64,000 bases of DNA from Pseudomonadota bacterium (GTDB taxonomy: Bacteria > Pseudomonadota > Alphaproteobacteria > Kiloniellales > J153). Location: NCBI GenBank assembly GCA_022572685.1, contig JACZVL010000001.1:3914-67913 (forward strand), in the 5' to 3' direction. Shown piece by piece: positions 55,192 to 64,000 of this stretch; position 1 is the first letter of the stretch, and every line of letters starts with the position of its first letter. Below the pieces are notes generated by a model. The model was not told the origin of the DNA. It was given only the letters and a program-made list of their open reading frames with translations, and did no database searches. The translations under genes were made by a program, and so were the position numbers.

Positions 55192-56709
55192 ATGAATCCA
55201 GATCTAGCCGCGGCGATCCCGGCCGCTCGGACGTCCCTGCTGACGGCGATAACGCTGATCGCCTGGCTCCTCCCAGGTTGCGCCACGTCGGACCAACCGG
55301 GCAAGCTGGCGGTGACGTCCGGCACGATCCCGGACTCCTCGGGGCACGAACGCGTCGCGGGCCCGTCGGAACGCGACGAGGGGTACAGGTTTCCCGTCCT
55401 GCCCGCCGGTGTCGCCCTGTTCCGCACGCTGGTCAGCAAACCCGCGGCACGGCCCCTGTCGTCCCTCCATCGTCTGGCCTCGTTCGTAACGAACACCGCG
55501 TTCGACACCCTGGACCCCAACTCGGTGGTCTTGGCCAGACGGGGACCCGTTCCGCCGCTTTCACGGGGGCGCGGCATGGACCTCGCGGCCTGGGAAGAGC
55601 GGCTCGACGAACTCACCGGCAGGGCGCCGTCAAAGGGAACGATTCGCTTCCTGGTCGACGGCGACGAGTTCTTTCCCCGGCTCATCGGCGCGGTCGAGGG
55701 CGCCCAGCGCTCGGTCGATATCCGGACCTATATCTTCGACAATGACGACTACGCGACGGCTTTCGCCGACCGCCTGAAGCGGCGTTCCGGGGAGGTGAAG
55801 ATCAGGGTGCTCATGGACGGCCTCGGAACCCTGGTCGCGGCCGGCGTGGCCCCGGATTCGATGCCTCCGGATGCGGTTCGCGCGGGCTGGATCGCGGATT
55901 ACCTGGAGCGGGACTCGGACGTCGACGTAAGGATGCAGTCCAACCCCTGGCTGACCGGCGATCACACCAAGACCATCGTCGTCGACAACGAGGTGGCGTT
56001 CATCGGCGGCATGAATATTGGCCGCGAATACCGCTACGACTGGCACGACTTGATGATGGAAGTGCGCGGCCCGATCGTCGGCGTCATCGACCAGGAGTTC
56101 CGGTTGGCCTGGCGCCGCGCCGGGTTCCTCGGCGAACTCGGTTTCCTGGCCGAACGCCTGTGGCCGAGCGTGAGCCGCGAAGCGGGCGCGGGTTACGCGG
56201 TGCGTATGCTGGTCACCAAACCGTGGAATTCAGAGATCTTCCGCACCCAGCTCGCGGCCATACGCGCCGCCGAGGGCTACATTTACATCCAGAACCCCTA
56301 CTTCTCCGACGACAAAATTCTCGTCGCGCTGATCGAGGCCCGGCGCCGCGGCGTCGACGTGCGTGTCATTCTGCCCTCCCGGGGCGACAGCAAAATAATG
56401 GTCGGCAGCAATGTCGTCGTCGCCAACACCCTGTTCCGGCAGGGCGTCCGCGTGTTCATCTATCCGGGGTTCTCCCACGTCAAGGCGGCGATCTTCGACG
56501 GCTGGGCCTGCCTGGGCTCGGCGAACCTCGACAAGATGAGCCTGCGCGTCAACGATGAGATGAACCTTGCGACGTCGCACCCGCCGACCGTCGCGGCCTT
56601 GATGGCGCGGGTCTTCGACGTCGACTTCGCGAAATCGGTCGAGATGACCGAGCCGCTGCCGCAGAACCTGAGCCACAGGCTCGCCGCCCTGATCGCAAAC
56701 CAGCTCTAG
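55192..56709 (+). CDS. Phospholipase D / cardiolipin synthase family lipoprotein
   Basis: Two HKD motifs HTKTIVVD..GGMNI and HVKAAIFD..GSANLD; lipobox LPGC. Confidence 0.9.
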   Translation: MNPDLAAAIPAARTSLLTAITLIAWLLPGCATSDQPGKLAVTSGTIPDSSGHERVAGPSERDEGYRFPVLPAGVALFRTLVSKPAARPLSSLHRLASFVTNTAFDTLDPNSVVLARRGPVPPLSRGRGMDLAAWEERLDELTGRAPSKGTIRFLVDGDEFFPRLIGAVEGAQRSVDIRTYIFDNDDYATAFADRLKRRSGEVKIRVLMDGLGTLVAAGVAPDSMPPDAVRAGWIADYLERDSDVDVRMQSNPWLTGDHTKTIVVDNEVAFIGGMNIGREYRYDWHDLMMEVRGPIVGVIDQEFRLAWRRAGFLGELGFLAERLWPSVSREAGAGYAVRMLVTKPWNSEIFRTQLAAIRAAEGYIYIQNPYFSDDKILVALIEARRRGVDVRVILPSRGDSKIMVGSNVVVANTLFRQGVRVFIYPGFSHVKAAIFDGWACLGSANLDKMSLRVNDEMNLATSHPPTVAALMARVFDVDFAKSVEMTEPLPQNLSHRLAALIANQL

Positions 56710-58244
56710 ACCGAAAGGTCTTCCGCGAGGTCGTCCGCCAAGGCGCCGCTGTCGTCGGTCACCATGGTGGGCCGGAAGTGGCCTTCGAAGGCCGCGGCGA
56801 CCCGGATCATGGGTGTGTACTGCGGGTCGAGCACCTCGGTGCCGGCGAGAAAAGTCTGCCGGGGCCGCCGGGACCAGATGCTGCTGGGCGAGGTGGCAAA
56901 GGTTTCCATGCAGATCAATGCCCCGCTGAGCGCAACCGAATAGAGTTGCAGCGGCGTCAGCTTGCCGCGGTAGTGGACGAGGGAACCGATCACCTGGCGC
57001 ATGACCCGCCGGCGGTAGCCGCGCAGGCTGGTCAGGTGGCGCGCGAAGCGCACGACGTCGTCGAGCGGGTCCCGGGGGTGCATGGTGACGGTGACGCCGT
57101 CCAAATCGCGCAGCCGGACGTTGGGAAGCAGCAGGCGCTTGGACAGGCAGTCGCGGAAATGGGGCGTGCCGAGGAGGGGAATGACCAGCGTGAAATACGC
57201 CGGCATGGTGATCCCGGGCGTCCCGACGATGAACGCGATCTCGCGGCGCAGATCGGCGAGCCGGCGCGTCGCCGGGTCGAGCATGACGCCATAGGTGAAG
57301 AGGATCCCGGCCTCCAGGCAATTGCGGATCATCTCGACCTGGGGGACCAGCGTGTTGTGGCGCTTGTTGTAGGACAGCAGGATCTCGGTGTCGAAGGACT
57401 CGATGCCGCTGAACAAGGCCTTGCAGCCGGCCTCGCGGGCCAACTCGAGGTTCTCGGTCCTGCCGAAGAAGTCACCGGTGACCAGCGCCGACCAGCCCTC
57501 GATCCGGCGTTCGCGGGTCAGCGTCCTGAGCAGATCGAGCCTGGCCAGGAAGAACCGCCGGTCGTTGCCATAGAAGTTGTTGTCGATGAAAATAATCTGC
57601 TTCTTTCCCGTGGCCAGAATCTGCCGCTCGATGTAGCCCAGGTCGTATTTCGTATAACCTCTGCCTTCCGCGGTCAGCGAGCAGAAGCTGCAGCTGAAGT
57701 TGCAGTTGCGGCTGGACTCGACGTAGCCCAGGATACGCCGCCCTTCCAGCAGGTCGTAGCGGGGAAAGACCTCGTCGGCGATATAGGCCGCGCCGAAGGC
57801 TTCGCGGGCCACCGACTGGAGCTCCTCGATGTCGCCCCTGCAGACGTAGTCGAAGAAGCGCCGAGAACGCCCCGGCATCGCCCGCACGCCGGGGCCGCCG
57901 GCCACGACCACGACACGAGGGTTCAGGCTGCGGGCATAGGCCGTCAGGTGCAGCATCCGGTCGTACGCCGAGGTCAGACCGGTGAGCACCAGCATGTCGG
58001 GCCAGGCGAGGAGGTGCGCGTCGCGAAGCACCCCGCTGTACTGTTCGTTGTAGATGCGCAGGTCGCAAGCGCGCGCCGAGAACGCGCCCGCCAGAAAGCA
58101 CGGGGCCATGGTTTGCGGAACCCGATACGGGCTGCCGGTGGTGCGGCGATATTCGTCGAAGAAAACATTGACGATCAGGACGCGCTTGCGGACGGTCCGG
58201 GGCGCGGCGACCGCGGCTGTCGGAACTGGAGCGGTGGGCTGCAT
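56706..58244 (-). CDS. Radical SAM protein with putative N-terminal B12-binding domain
   Basis: CNFSCSFC; VVAGGP, GD.EE, FIDNNF, GIES, IPLLGTP; alternative start at 58262. Confidence 0.85.
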   Translation of the reverse strand: MQPTAPVPTAAVAAPRTVRKRVLIVNVFFDEYRRTTGSPYRVPQTMAPCFLAGAFSARACDLRIYNEQYSGVLRDAHLLAWPDMLVLTGLTSAYDRMLHLTAYARSLNPRVVVVAGGPGVRAMPGRSRRFFDYVCRGDIEELQSVAREAFGAAYIADEVFPRYDLLEGRRILGYVESSRNCNFSCSFCSLTAEGRGYTKYDLGYIERQILATGKKQIIFIDNNFYGNDRRFFLARLDLLRTLTRERRIEGWSALVTGDFFGRTENLELAREAGCKALFSGIESFDTEILLSYNKRHNTLVPQVEMIRNCLEAGILFTYGVMLDPATRRLADLRREIAFIVGTPGITMPAYFTLVIPLLGTPHFRDCLSKRLLLPNVRLRDLDGVTVTMHPRDPLDDVVRFARHLTSLRGYRRRVMRQVIGSLVHYRGKLTPLQLYSVALSGALICMETFATSPSSIWSRRPRQTFLAGTEVLDPQYTPMIRVAAAFEGHFRPTMVTDDSGALADDLAEDLSV

Positions 58245-58254
58245 TGTCGTGTCC

Positions 58255-59514
58255 CTATCCATATGCGGCAAAGACCAGCGACGCGTTGGTCCCGCCGAAG
58301 CCGAACGAATTGGACAGGGTGGCGCGGACGGAACGCTCGCGCGCCCGGTGGGGCACCAGGTCGATGCCGCAATCGGGCGGCGGGTTATCAAGGTTGAGCG
58401 TCGGTGGAACCACGCCGTTGACGATGGCGAGTACGGAAAAGATCGCCTCGACGCTACCGGCGGCGCCCAGCAGGTGACCGGTCGACGACTTGGTCGACGA
58501 CATCGAAAGGCCTTGCACGGCGCCGTCGAACAACCGCGTGACCGCGGCCAGCTCGATCGGGTCGCCGACCGGGGTCGAAGTGCCGTGGGCATTGATGTAG
58601 TCGATGTCCTCGGGGTTCATGCGGGCGTTCGCCAGTGCCGCCTGCATCGAGCGGAACGCCCCGTTGCCGTCCTCGGGCGGCGCGGTGATGTGGTGGGCGT
58701 CTCCCGACAACCCGTAACCCTTGACCTCGGCGTAGATTCGCGCCCCGCGGCGGCGTGCATGATCGAGGGACTCGAGAACCAGCACGCCGGCGCCCTCGCT
58801 CATGACGAAGCCGTCGCGGTCCCGGTCCCAGGGCCGCGAAGCCGCGGCCGGCGTCTCGTTGAAGTGGGTCGACAGCGCGCGCGCCGCCGTGAAGCTAGCG
58901 ATCCCCAGCCGGCAGACCGCGGCTTCGGTACCGCCGGCGATCATGACGTCGGCGTCGCCGAGCTGGATCAGCCGGGCCGCGTCACCGATGGCGTGGGTGC
59001 CGGTCGAGCAGGCCGTGACCACGGAGTGGTTCGGACCCTTGAAGCCGTGACGGATCGAAACGTGGCCCGAGGCCAGGTTGATGCACATCGAATTTGCGAA
59101 ATGCGGGCGCAGGCGTGCCGGCCCGCGCCGGTCGATAAGGGTGGTGGCATGGACGAGGGATTTGATCCCGCCGATCCCCGAACCGATGATCACGCCGGTG
59201 CGTTCGCACGCACGCTCGTCTTCGGGTGCCCACTCCGCGTCCTCCACGGCCTCGGTCGCGGCCGCGATCGCGTAGATGATAAAATCATCGAGGCGCCGCT
59301 GCTGGTTGCGCGCGACCCAGTGATCGGGCTTGAAGCCATGGACCCACCGCCCGCGCGGAATCTGCCCGGCGATCTTGCAGCGTATGTCCGAAACGTTGAA
59401 GTTCTCGATCCTCGAAATGCCCGACTCGCCGCCGAGCAGGCGCTCCCAGCTCGCCTGGACACCGCTGGCCAGGGGCGTGACCATTCCCAGTCCGGTGACA
59501 ACGACACGTCTCAT
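58255..59514 (-). CDS. fabF: Beta-ketoacyl-ACP synthase II
   Basis: RRVVVTGLG, VTACSTG, DGFVMSEG, YINAHGTST, GHLLGAAG, SNSFGFGGTN. Confidence 0.93.
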   Translation of the reverse strand: MRRVVVTGLGMVTPLASGVQASWERLLGGESGISRIENFNVSDIRCKIAGQIPRGRWVHGFKPDHWVARNQQRRLDDFIIYAIAAATEAVEDAEWAPEDERACERTGVIIGSGIGGIKSLVHATTLIDRRGPARLRPHFANSMCINLASGHVSIRHGFKGPNHSVVTACSTGTHAIGDAARLIQLGDADVMIAGGTEAAVCRLGIASFTAARALSTHFNETPAAASRPWDRDRDGFVMSEGAGVLVLESLDHARRRGARIYAEVKGYGLSGDAHHITAPPEDGNGAFRSMQAALANARMNPEDIDYINAHGTSTPVGDPIELAAVTRLFDGAVQGLSMSSTKSSTGHLLGAAGSVEAIFSVLAIVNGVVPPTLNLDNPPPDCGIDLVPHRARERSVRATLSNSFGFGGTNASLVFAAYG

Positions 59515-59560
59515 AGGGCCATTTCGAGCCCCACCGCTGGAAGTTCAAAGCCTGTGAAAT

Positions 59561-61381
59561 TCACGACCCCGAGCCGGAGACGCCGAGCGTGAGGACCGGG
59601 ATGTAGGTCACCAGCAGGAGCACGATGACGAGGATCAGGAGGAATGGCAGGGCGCAGCGGTACATGCGAACCAGCGGCTGGTCGAAACGACGGCTGGCGA
59701 AGAACACGTTCATGCCGACGGGCGGCGTCAGGTAGCCGAGCTCGAGGTTGACGAGAAAGATGATACCCAGGTGGACGGGATCGACGCCGAATGCCAGGGC
59801 CATGGGCAGGATCAACGGCACCACCACGACGATCGCCGAAAAGATATCCATGAGGCAGCCGACGACCAGCAGGAACAGGTTGAGCATGAGCAGGAACAGC
59901 AGCCGTGATTCGACGTGCGCCGTGACCCAGGCAGCCGCCTTCATGGGGATCTGCGCGTCGACCAGATAATTGGTCACTCCCATGGCGACACCGAGAATGA
60001 CGAAGACGCTGCCGATGAGCGTCGCGCTTTTCACCAGGATGCGCGGCAGATCCTGGGTGAGACGAAGCTCGCGGTGAATGACGACTTCGACCACGAGCGC
60101 GTAGAGGGCGGTGATCGCCGCGGCCTCGATCAGGGTCGCGAAACCGCCGAAGATGCTGAACAACACCACGCCGGGCAGCAGAATCTCCCACTTCGCCTGC
60201 CAGAGCGCCGCCGCCGCCTCGCGCGCGTCGAACGGCGGTCGTGGCACCCGCGCCCGAAGCGCCGTATAGATTCCGAAACCGGCGACGGCGCCGACCATCA
60301 GCAGCCCCGGTACGACACCGGCCTTGAACAGCGCGGGAATGGGCACATGCGCCACCACGCCGAAGAGGATGATCGCCAGGCTGGGCGGAAACAGCAGCCC
60401 GATCGAACCGGTCGCCGTAAGCAGGCCGAGTGAGAACCGCCGGGGATAGCCGTTGGCCAGCAACACCGGCAGGAGCAGCCCGCCGAGCGCCAGGATGGTG
60501 ACCCCCGACGCGCCGGTGAAGGTCGTGAAAAACGCGCAGACGACGGCGGTGGCGATCGCCAGGCCTCCTGGCAGCCAGCCGAACAGCGCGCGGAACAGCC
60601 GCACCAGCCGCCGGCTCGCGCCGCCTTCGGCGAGCAGGTAGCCGGTCAGCGTGAACAGCGGGATCGTCGGGATCGTCGGCGAGACGATCATGCGGTAGGC
60701 CTCGACCGGGATCGCCGCCACCGGTACGCCTTCGGCGAAGAGCAGCACCAGCGCGGCGCCGCCCAGGACGACGAAAATCGGCGCGCCGAGAAACGCCGCG
60801 GCGACGAGTCCGACCAGCGCCGGCAGGACGATCTCGCCGGCGAAAGGCTCGAGGAAAAACCCGATGCCCGCCGCCGCGGGGATGCCGAGGCCGACGCAGG
60901 CGCGGTCCGTCCAGGTCCCGGCCCGGGCGACGAAGCGGACCGCGATCACGGCGAAGGAGACCGGCAGGATTGCCTCGGCGGCCCAGAGCGGCAGCCAGCC
61001 GCCGATGCGCACCGGCGACTCGAATTCGGCCTGAACGAACCTGAAGCTCGCCCAGGCCAGGCCGGCGGCCACGGCGGTCGAGATCGCGGCCGCGACGATG
61101 TCGGTCAGCCTGTCGACCAGCGGCGGGAGGCTGACCATGCCGGTCGACAGGCTGAGGTGCTGCCCGTCGCGGGTCGCCACCATGGCGCCGAGGAAACCGA
61201 CCCACAGCGTCAGGTGCTGGACGTATCCCGACGAGCCGGGGATGCCGGTATTCCACAGCGTGCGCAAAACCATCTCGAGCACCGGCAACACGGCCATGGC
61301 GAGCAGGGCGGCCGCCATCAGGATGTTCTCGCCTCGCCGCCCCCAGGCCATGGCCCCGGGGATACCGCCCCGCGCGGTCAT
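59561..61381 (-). CDS. TRAP transporter fused DctQ-DctM permease (TPAT type)
   Basis: N-terminal DctQ-like QHLTLWVGFLGA; DctM motifs FTGASGVTI, GLLFPPSL, LGYLTPPVGMN. Confidence 0.9.
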   Translation of the reverse strand: MTARGGIPGAMAWGRRGENILMAAALLAMAVLPVLEMVLRTLWNTGIPGSSGYVQHLTLWVGFLGAMVATRDGQHLSLSTGMVSLPPLVDRLTDIVAAAISTAVAAGLAWASFRFVQAEFESPVRIGGWLPLWAAEAILPVSFAVIAVRFVARAGTWTDRACVGLGIPAAAGIGFFLEPFAGEIVLPALVGLVAAAFLGAPIFVVLGGAALVLLFAEGVPVAAIPVEAYRMIVSPTIPTIPLFTLTGYLLAEGGASRRLVRLFRALFGWLPGGLAIATAVVCAFFTTFTGASGVTILALGGLLLPVLLANGYPRRFSLGLLTATGSIGLLFPPSLAIILFGVVAHVPIPALFKAGVVPGLLMVGAVAGFGIYTALRARVPRPPFDAREAAAALWQAKWEILLPGVVLFSIFGGFATLIEAAAITALYALVVEVVIHRELRLTQDLPRILVKSATLIGSVFVILGVAMGVTNYLVDAQIPMKAAAWVTAHVESRLLFLLMLNLFLLVVGCLMDIFSAIVVVVPLILPMALAFGVDPVHLGIIFLVNLELGYLTPPVGMNVFFASRRFDQPLVRMYRCALPFLLILVIVLLLVTYIPVLTLGVSGSGS

Positions 61382-61382
61382 C

Positions 61383-62390
61383 TCAGTCGGTCGCCAGAGA
61401 GGCCCGGTAAGCGTCGCGCAGGCGCTCGACCTCGGCGACCATCGCGGCCGGAACCACCACGTCCACCAGGCTCGCATAGCCGGCCCGGGCGCCCCGTTCC
61501 CACGCGGCGACCGCGTCATCGGGCACTTGGTGCACCACCAGGCCGTGCTTCTTCATCACCTCGACCGCTTCCTCGCCGAGCTTCGGCACCGCCCGCTTCA
61601 GCCGCGCGCCGGCGTCGCGCGCGGCGCGCAAGAGAGCGGGCTTCGCCTCGTCGGGCAGCGCCCGCCAGGTCCGGGTCGAGATCACGACCGCCCCGATCAG
61701 CGGCGCCCATTTCAGGTTCGTCATGTGCTTCGCCAGGCCAAACCACTGGAACGACAGTGCGGCGATGGGCGTCGTCGTGAAGGCTTCGATCAGACCCGAT
61801 TGCAGGGCGGTATGGATGTCCGTCGCCGCCAGGGGCACGGGCCGGAACCCCGCCTTTTGCCAGGCTTCGAGCGTCGCGGTGTCGCCTGACCAGGTGAACA
61901 GCTTCAGCGGCTTGAGGTCGTCGGGATAGACCACCGGCCGCTGCGCGAAGACGTGCACCCAGCCGGCGTCGCCCCAGGTCAGCAGCTTGAAGCCCTTGGC
62001 TTCCAGGATGGCCTCGAGCCGCGGCCCGAGACGCTGTCTGACGTAGTCGAGCTCGGCATCGGAGCGGAACATCATCGGCATCTGCAGGGCCAGGATCTCG
62101 GGTGCGATCTTGGCCAGGCCGACACCCGTCAGGGCGGCGGCATGGAGCTGCCCGATCCGCATCTTCCTGACCATGTCGGCCTCGTCGCCGGCGACGCCGC
62201 CGGGGTAGATGCGGACCTCGATGTCCGCGCCGGGCACCGCCTTCCAAGCCTCGGCCATGTCGCGGATGATCTCGTGCCAGATCGAGCCCTCGGGCGCCAG
62301 CGTCCCGAGCTTGATGGTCCGGGCCGAGGCCGCGGCGCCCGCGCCGTGGACGAGCAGCGCCGCGAGCAACGCGAGGATCGTGCGTTTCAT
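61383..62390 (-). CDS. TRAP substrate-binding protein DctP (TatP-type)
   Basis: Signal peptide, IKLGTLAPEGS.W, YPGGVAGDE, MRIGQLHAA. Confidence 0.9.
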   Translation of the reverse strand: MKRTILALLAALLVHGAGAAASARTIKLGTLAPEGSIWHEIIRDMAEAWKAVPGADIEVRIYPGGVAGDEADMVRKMRIGQLHAAALTGVGLAKIAPEILALQMPMMFRSDAELDYVRQRLGPRLEAILEAKGFKLLTWGDAGWVHVFAQRPVVYPDDLKPLKLFTWSGDTATLEAWQKAGFRPVPLAATDIHTALQSGLIEAFTTTPIAALSFQWFGLAKHMTNLKWAPLIGAVVISTRTWRALPDEAKPALLRAARDAGARLKRAVPKLGEEAVEVMKKHGLVVHQVPDDAVAAWERGARAGYASLVDVVVPAAMVAEVERLRDAYRASLATD

Positions 62391-63301
62391 ATCGCGCCCT
62401 CCTCGTCGTTCGCCTCGACGAAGAGGTCGGGAATCCGCGACTCCAACCAGCGGGCCCGCCGTTGGGCGATGGTATTGACCAGCCGAAGCTCGGGCCTGAG
62501 ATCGGGATCGATGGCGAGCGTGGCGCCGATCAGGTCGCGAAATTCCGCCAGGTCCTGTTGCTTGATCGCCACCGCCTCGGCGAGCGCCAGGTGGACGGAG
62601 GCGCGGGCGCCGCCCGACAGCGCCAACGCGCGGGCGTAATGCTCGCGGGCGCGGCCGGCGCTGCCGCCCGGGCGCCCGCCTTCGTAGGCGATGAAGAACT
62701 CGTGGGCGGCGGCGCCCTCGTAGGCCTCGTCGAGCTCGATCACCCGTCCGACCATCGCCGCGGCCAGGGGCAGTTCGGCGAGAAGGTCGAGATCGTCCTT
62801 GGCGGCGCTGAGGGCCCCCGCCCAGGCGGCGCCGCCCCAGTACAGGAACGGAACGTCGGCCACCTCCGTGGTGGCCAGGACGGCGGCGGCATCCTGGCGG
62901 AGGGCCGCGCCGAACCCGGGGTGCGCGACGGCCAGGCCGCGCAGCGCGTAGTCGCGGCCGCGCAGGTAGTGCTTGCGCGCCCTGTCGCGCCGCGCGCGCG
63001 CGCGCCCGAGATCGGTCGCGTCGAGCCGATCCGCCTCTCCTTGAAGCAGAAAGGCATAGGCCGTAAACCCACGCGCCGCCGACAGCAGCAGGGCCTCGTG
63101 CTCGGGCGAGACTTCGAGCAGGCTCTCGTAGGTCTTGAGGCCGAAGGGCATGGCCTCGCGGATCAGCTCGGGGTCGTCGTCCGAGGCGTAGCTGCCCGCG
63201 CCCCCCGAGATCGCGTTGCCGACGATGTCGACCGCCGTCCGCTTGACCGAGCAGGCGGCAAGCGCGCCGACCAGAAGCAGCAGGACTGGAAGCTTACCCA
63301 T
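62387..63301 (-). CDS. TRAP transporter TatT component (TPR-like lipoprotein)
   Basis: Lipobox LAAC, DDPELIREAMPFGLKTYESLL, helical repeats; directly upstream of DctP. Confidence 0.85.
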   Translation of the reverse strand: MGKLPVLLLLVGALAACSVKRTAVDIVGNAISGGAGSYASDDDPELIREAMPFGLKTYESLLEVSPEHEALLLSAARGFTAYAFLLQGEADRLDATDLGRARARRDRARKHYLRGRDYALRGLAVAHPGFGAALRQDAAAVLATTEVADVPFLYWGGAAWAGALSAAKDDLDLLAELPLAAAMVGRVIELDEAYEGAAAHEFFIAYEGGRPGGSAGRAREHYARALALSGGARASVHLALAEAVAIKQQDLAEFRDLIGATLAIDPDLRPELRLVNTIAQRRARWLESRIPDLFVEANDEEGAI

Positions 63302-63494
63302 GACCTTCCTCCACCCTTGAAGCCGATCCGTCCGGCGAGCGCGGCGACGCGTTCCGCCGGAGGTCTCCACTGGAACCGGGAAGGTGGGAAATTCAAAAAC
63401 TTTGCGCTACCGGGTGGGGATGGAAATTCCCCGCCATCGGCGTTTCAACGTCTTGCGAATTTGGTCTGACAGAGCCGTAACGAACGGAGGCGCG

Positions 63495-63920
63495 TCAGCG
63501 ATGTTTGGAATAAGGGATCACCGCGGTGGCCTCTATTTCGACCTTGGCGCTGTCCTCGACCAGCGCGCTGACCACGACCAGGGACATCGCGGGGAAGTGA
63601 GCGCCGAGCACCGAACGATAGACCTCGCCGATTTCCGGAAGCCGCTCCAGATACTCCGACTTGTCGGTCACGAACCAAGTCAGGCGAACCAGGTGTTCTC
63701 GGCGCGCGCCGGCCTCCGCCAGGACGGCAACGATATTCCGCAGCGTCTGCTCGACCTGACCCACGAAATCCTCGGTTTCGAAGACCTGATCGGAATTCCA
63801 GCCGATCTGACCGCCGAGGAAGAGTGTTTGGCCTTCGGCAAGCACGCCGTTGGCATAGCCCCTGGCGGCCTTCCAGTTTCGCGGGTGTAGAATTCGATGC
63901 GGCGACTCTTGCACGGTCAT
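63495..63920 (-). CDS. RidA family protein
   Basis: GYANG, GGQIGW, FPAMSLV.V..L, KVEIEATA. Confidence 0.92.
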   Translation of the reverse strand: MTVQESPHRILHPRNWKAARGYANGVLAEGQTLFLGGQIGWNSDQVFETEDFVGQVEQTLRNIVAVLAEAGARREHLVRLTWFVTDKSEYLERLPEIGEVYRSVLGAHFPAMSLVVVSALVEDSAKVEIEATAVIPYSKHR

Positions 63921-63941
63921 TCCGATTTATATGTCCTTGAG

Positions 63942-64000
63942 CTAGCCCGCCGCCGATCGCAGCCGGAAGCGCTGAATCTTTCCGGTCTGGGTCTTCGGCA
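63942..64000 (-). CDS. C-terminal end of an AMP-binding CoA ligase (benzoate/aminobenzoate-CoA ligase-like), runs off window
   Basis: Reverse strand reads PKTQTGKIQRFRLRSAAG* (A10 lysine motif). Confidence 0.75.
   Translation of the reverse strand, partial: PKTQTGKIQRFRLRSAAG

Noticed and set aside
55192..56709. PLD-type anti-phage nuclease
   Set aside because: The lipobox and two cardiolipin-synthase-like HKD motifs fit a lipid-acting enzyme; no helicase or other defence partner is adjacent.

Overview
High-GC bacterial DNA, probably alphaproteobacterial (inferred from gene content and an RPE/RIME-type palindromic element). Most of the window is a dense catabolic and transport region. Transporters: polar amino-acid ABC, Liv-type ABC, TAXI-TRAP and TPAT-type TRAP. 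Enzymes: three enolase-superfamily proteins, three luciferase-like (LLM) oxidoreductases, two xanthine-dehydrogenase/CoxMSL-like molybdoenzyme clusters, hydantoinase A/B, PxpA, a CoA ligase and a two-subunit CoA-transferase. Regulators: three GntR and one LysR. A coenzyme F420 biosynthesis operon (npdG-cofE-cofD-cofC-fbiC) lies at 43.6-49.2 kb. Accessory or unusual elements: (i) an HUH Y1 (RAYT-like) transposase bracketed by AT-rich 26-bp inverted repeats, with an adjacent 'empty' repeat pair; (ii) a low-GC islet carrying a frameshifted small basic protein, a Panacea (DUF4065/SocA-like) antitoxin and a putative toxin; (iii) a possible lipid uptake/modification locus (TPAT, fabF, B12-type radical SAM, phospholipase D, HTH regulator); (iv) a 5'-truncated SBP gene, a gene whose apparent start codon is ATC, a palindromic element and many short tandem duplications. 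No rRNA, tRNA or CRISPR array was recognised. All functional calls come from motif recognition by eye, not database searches.
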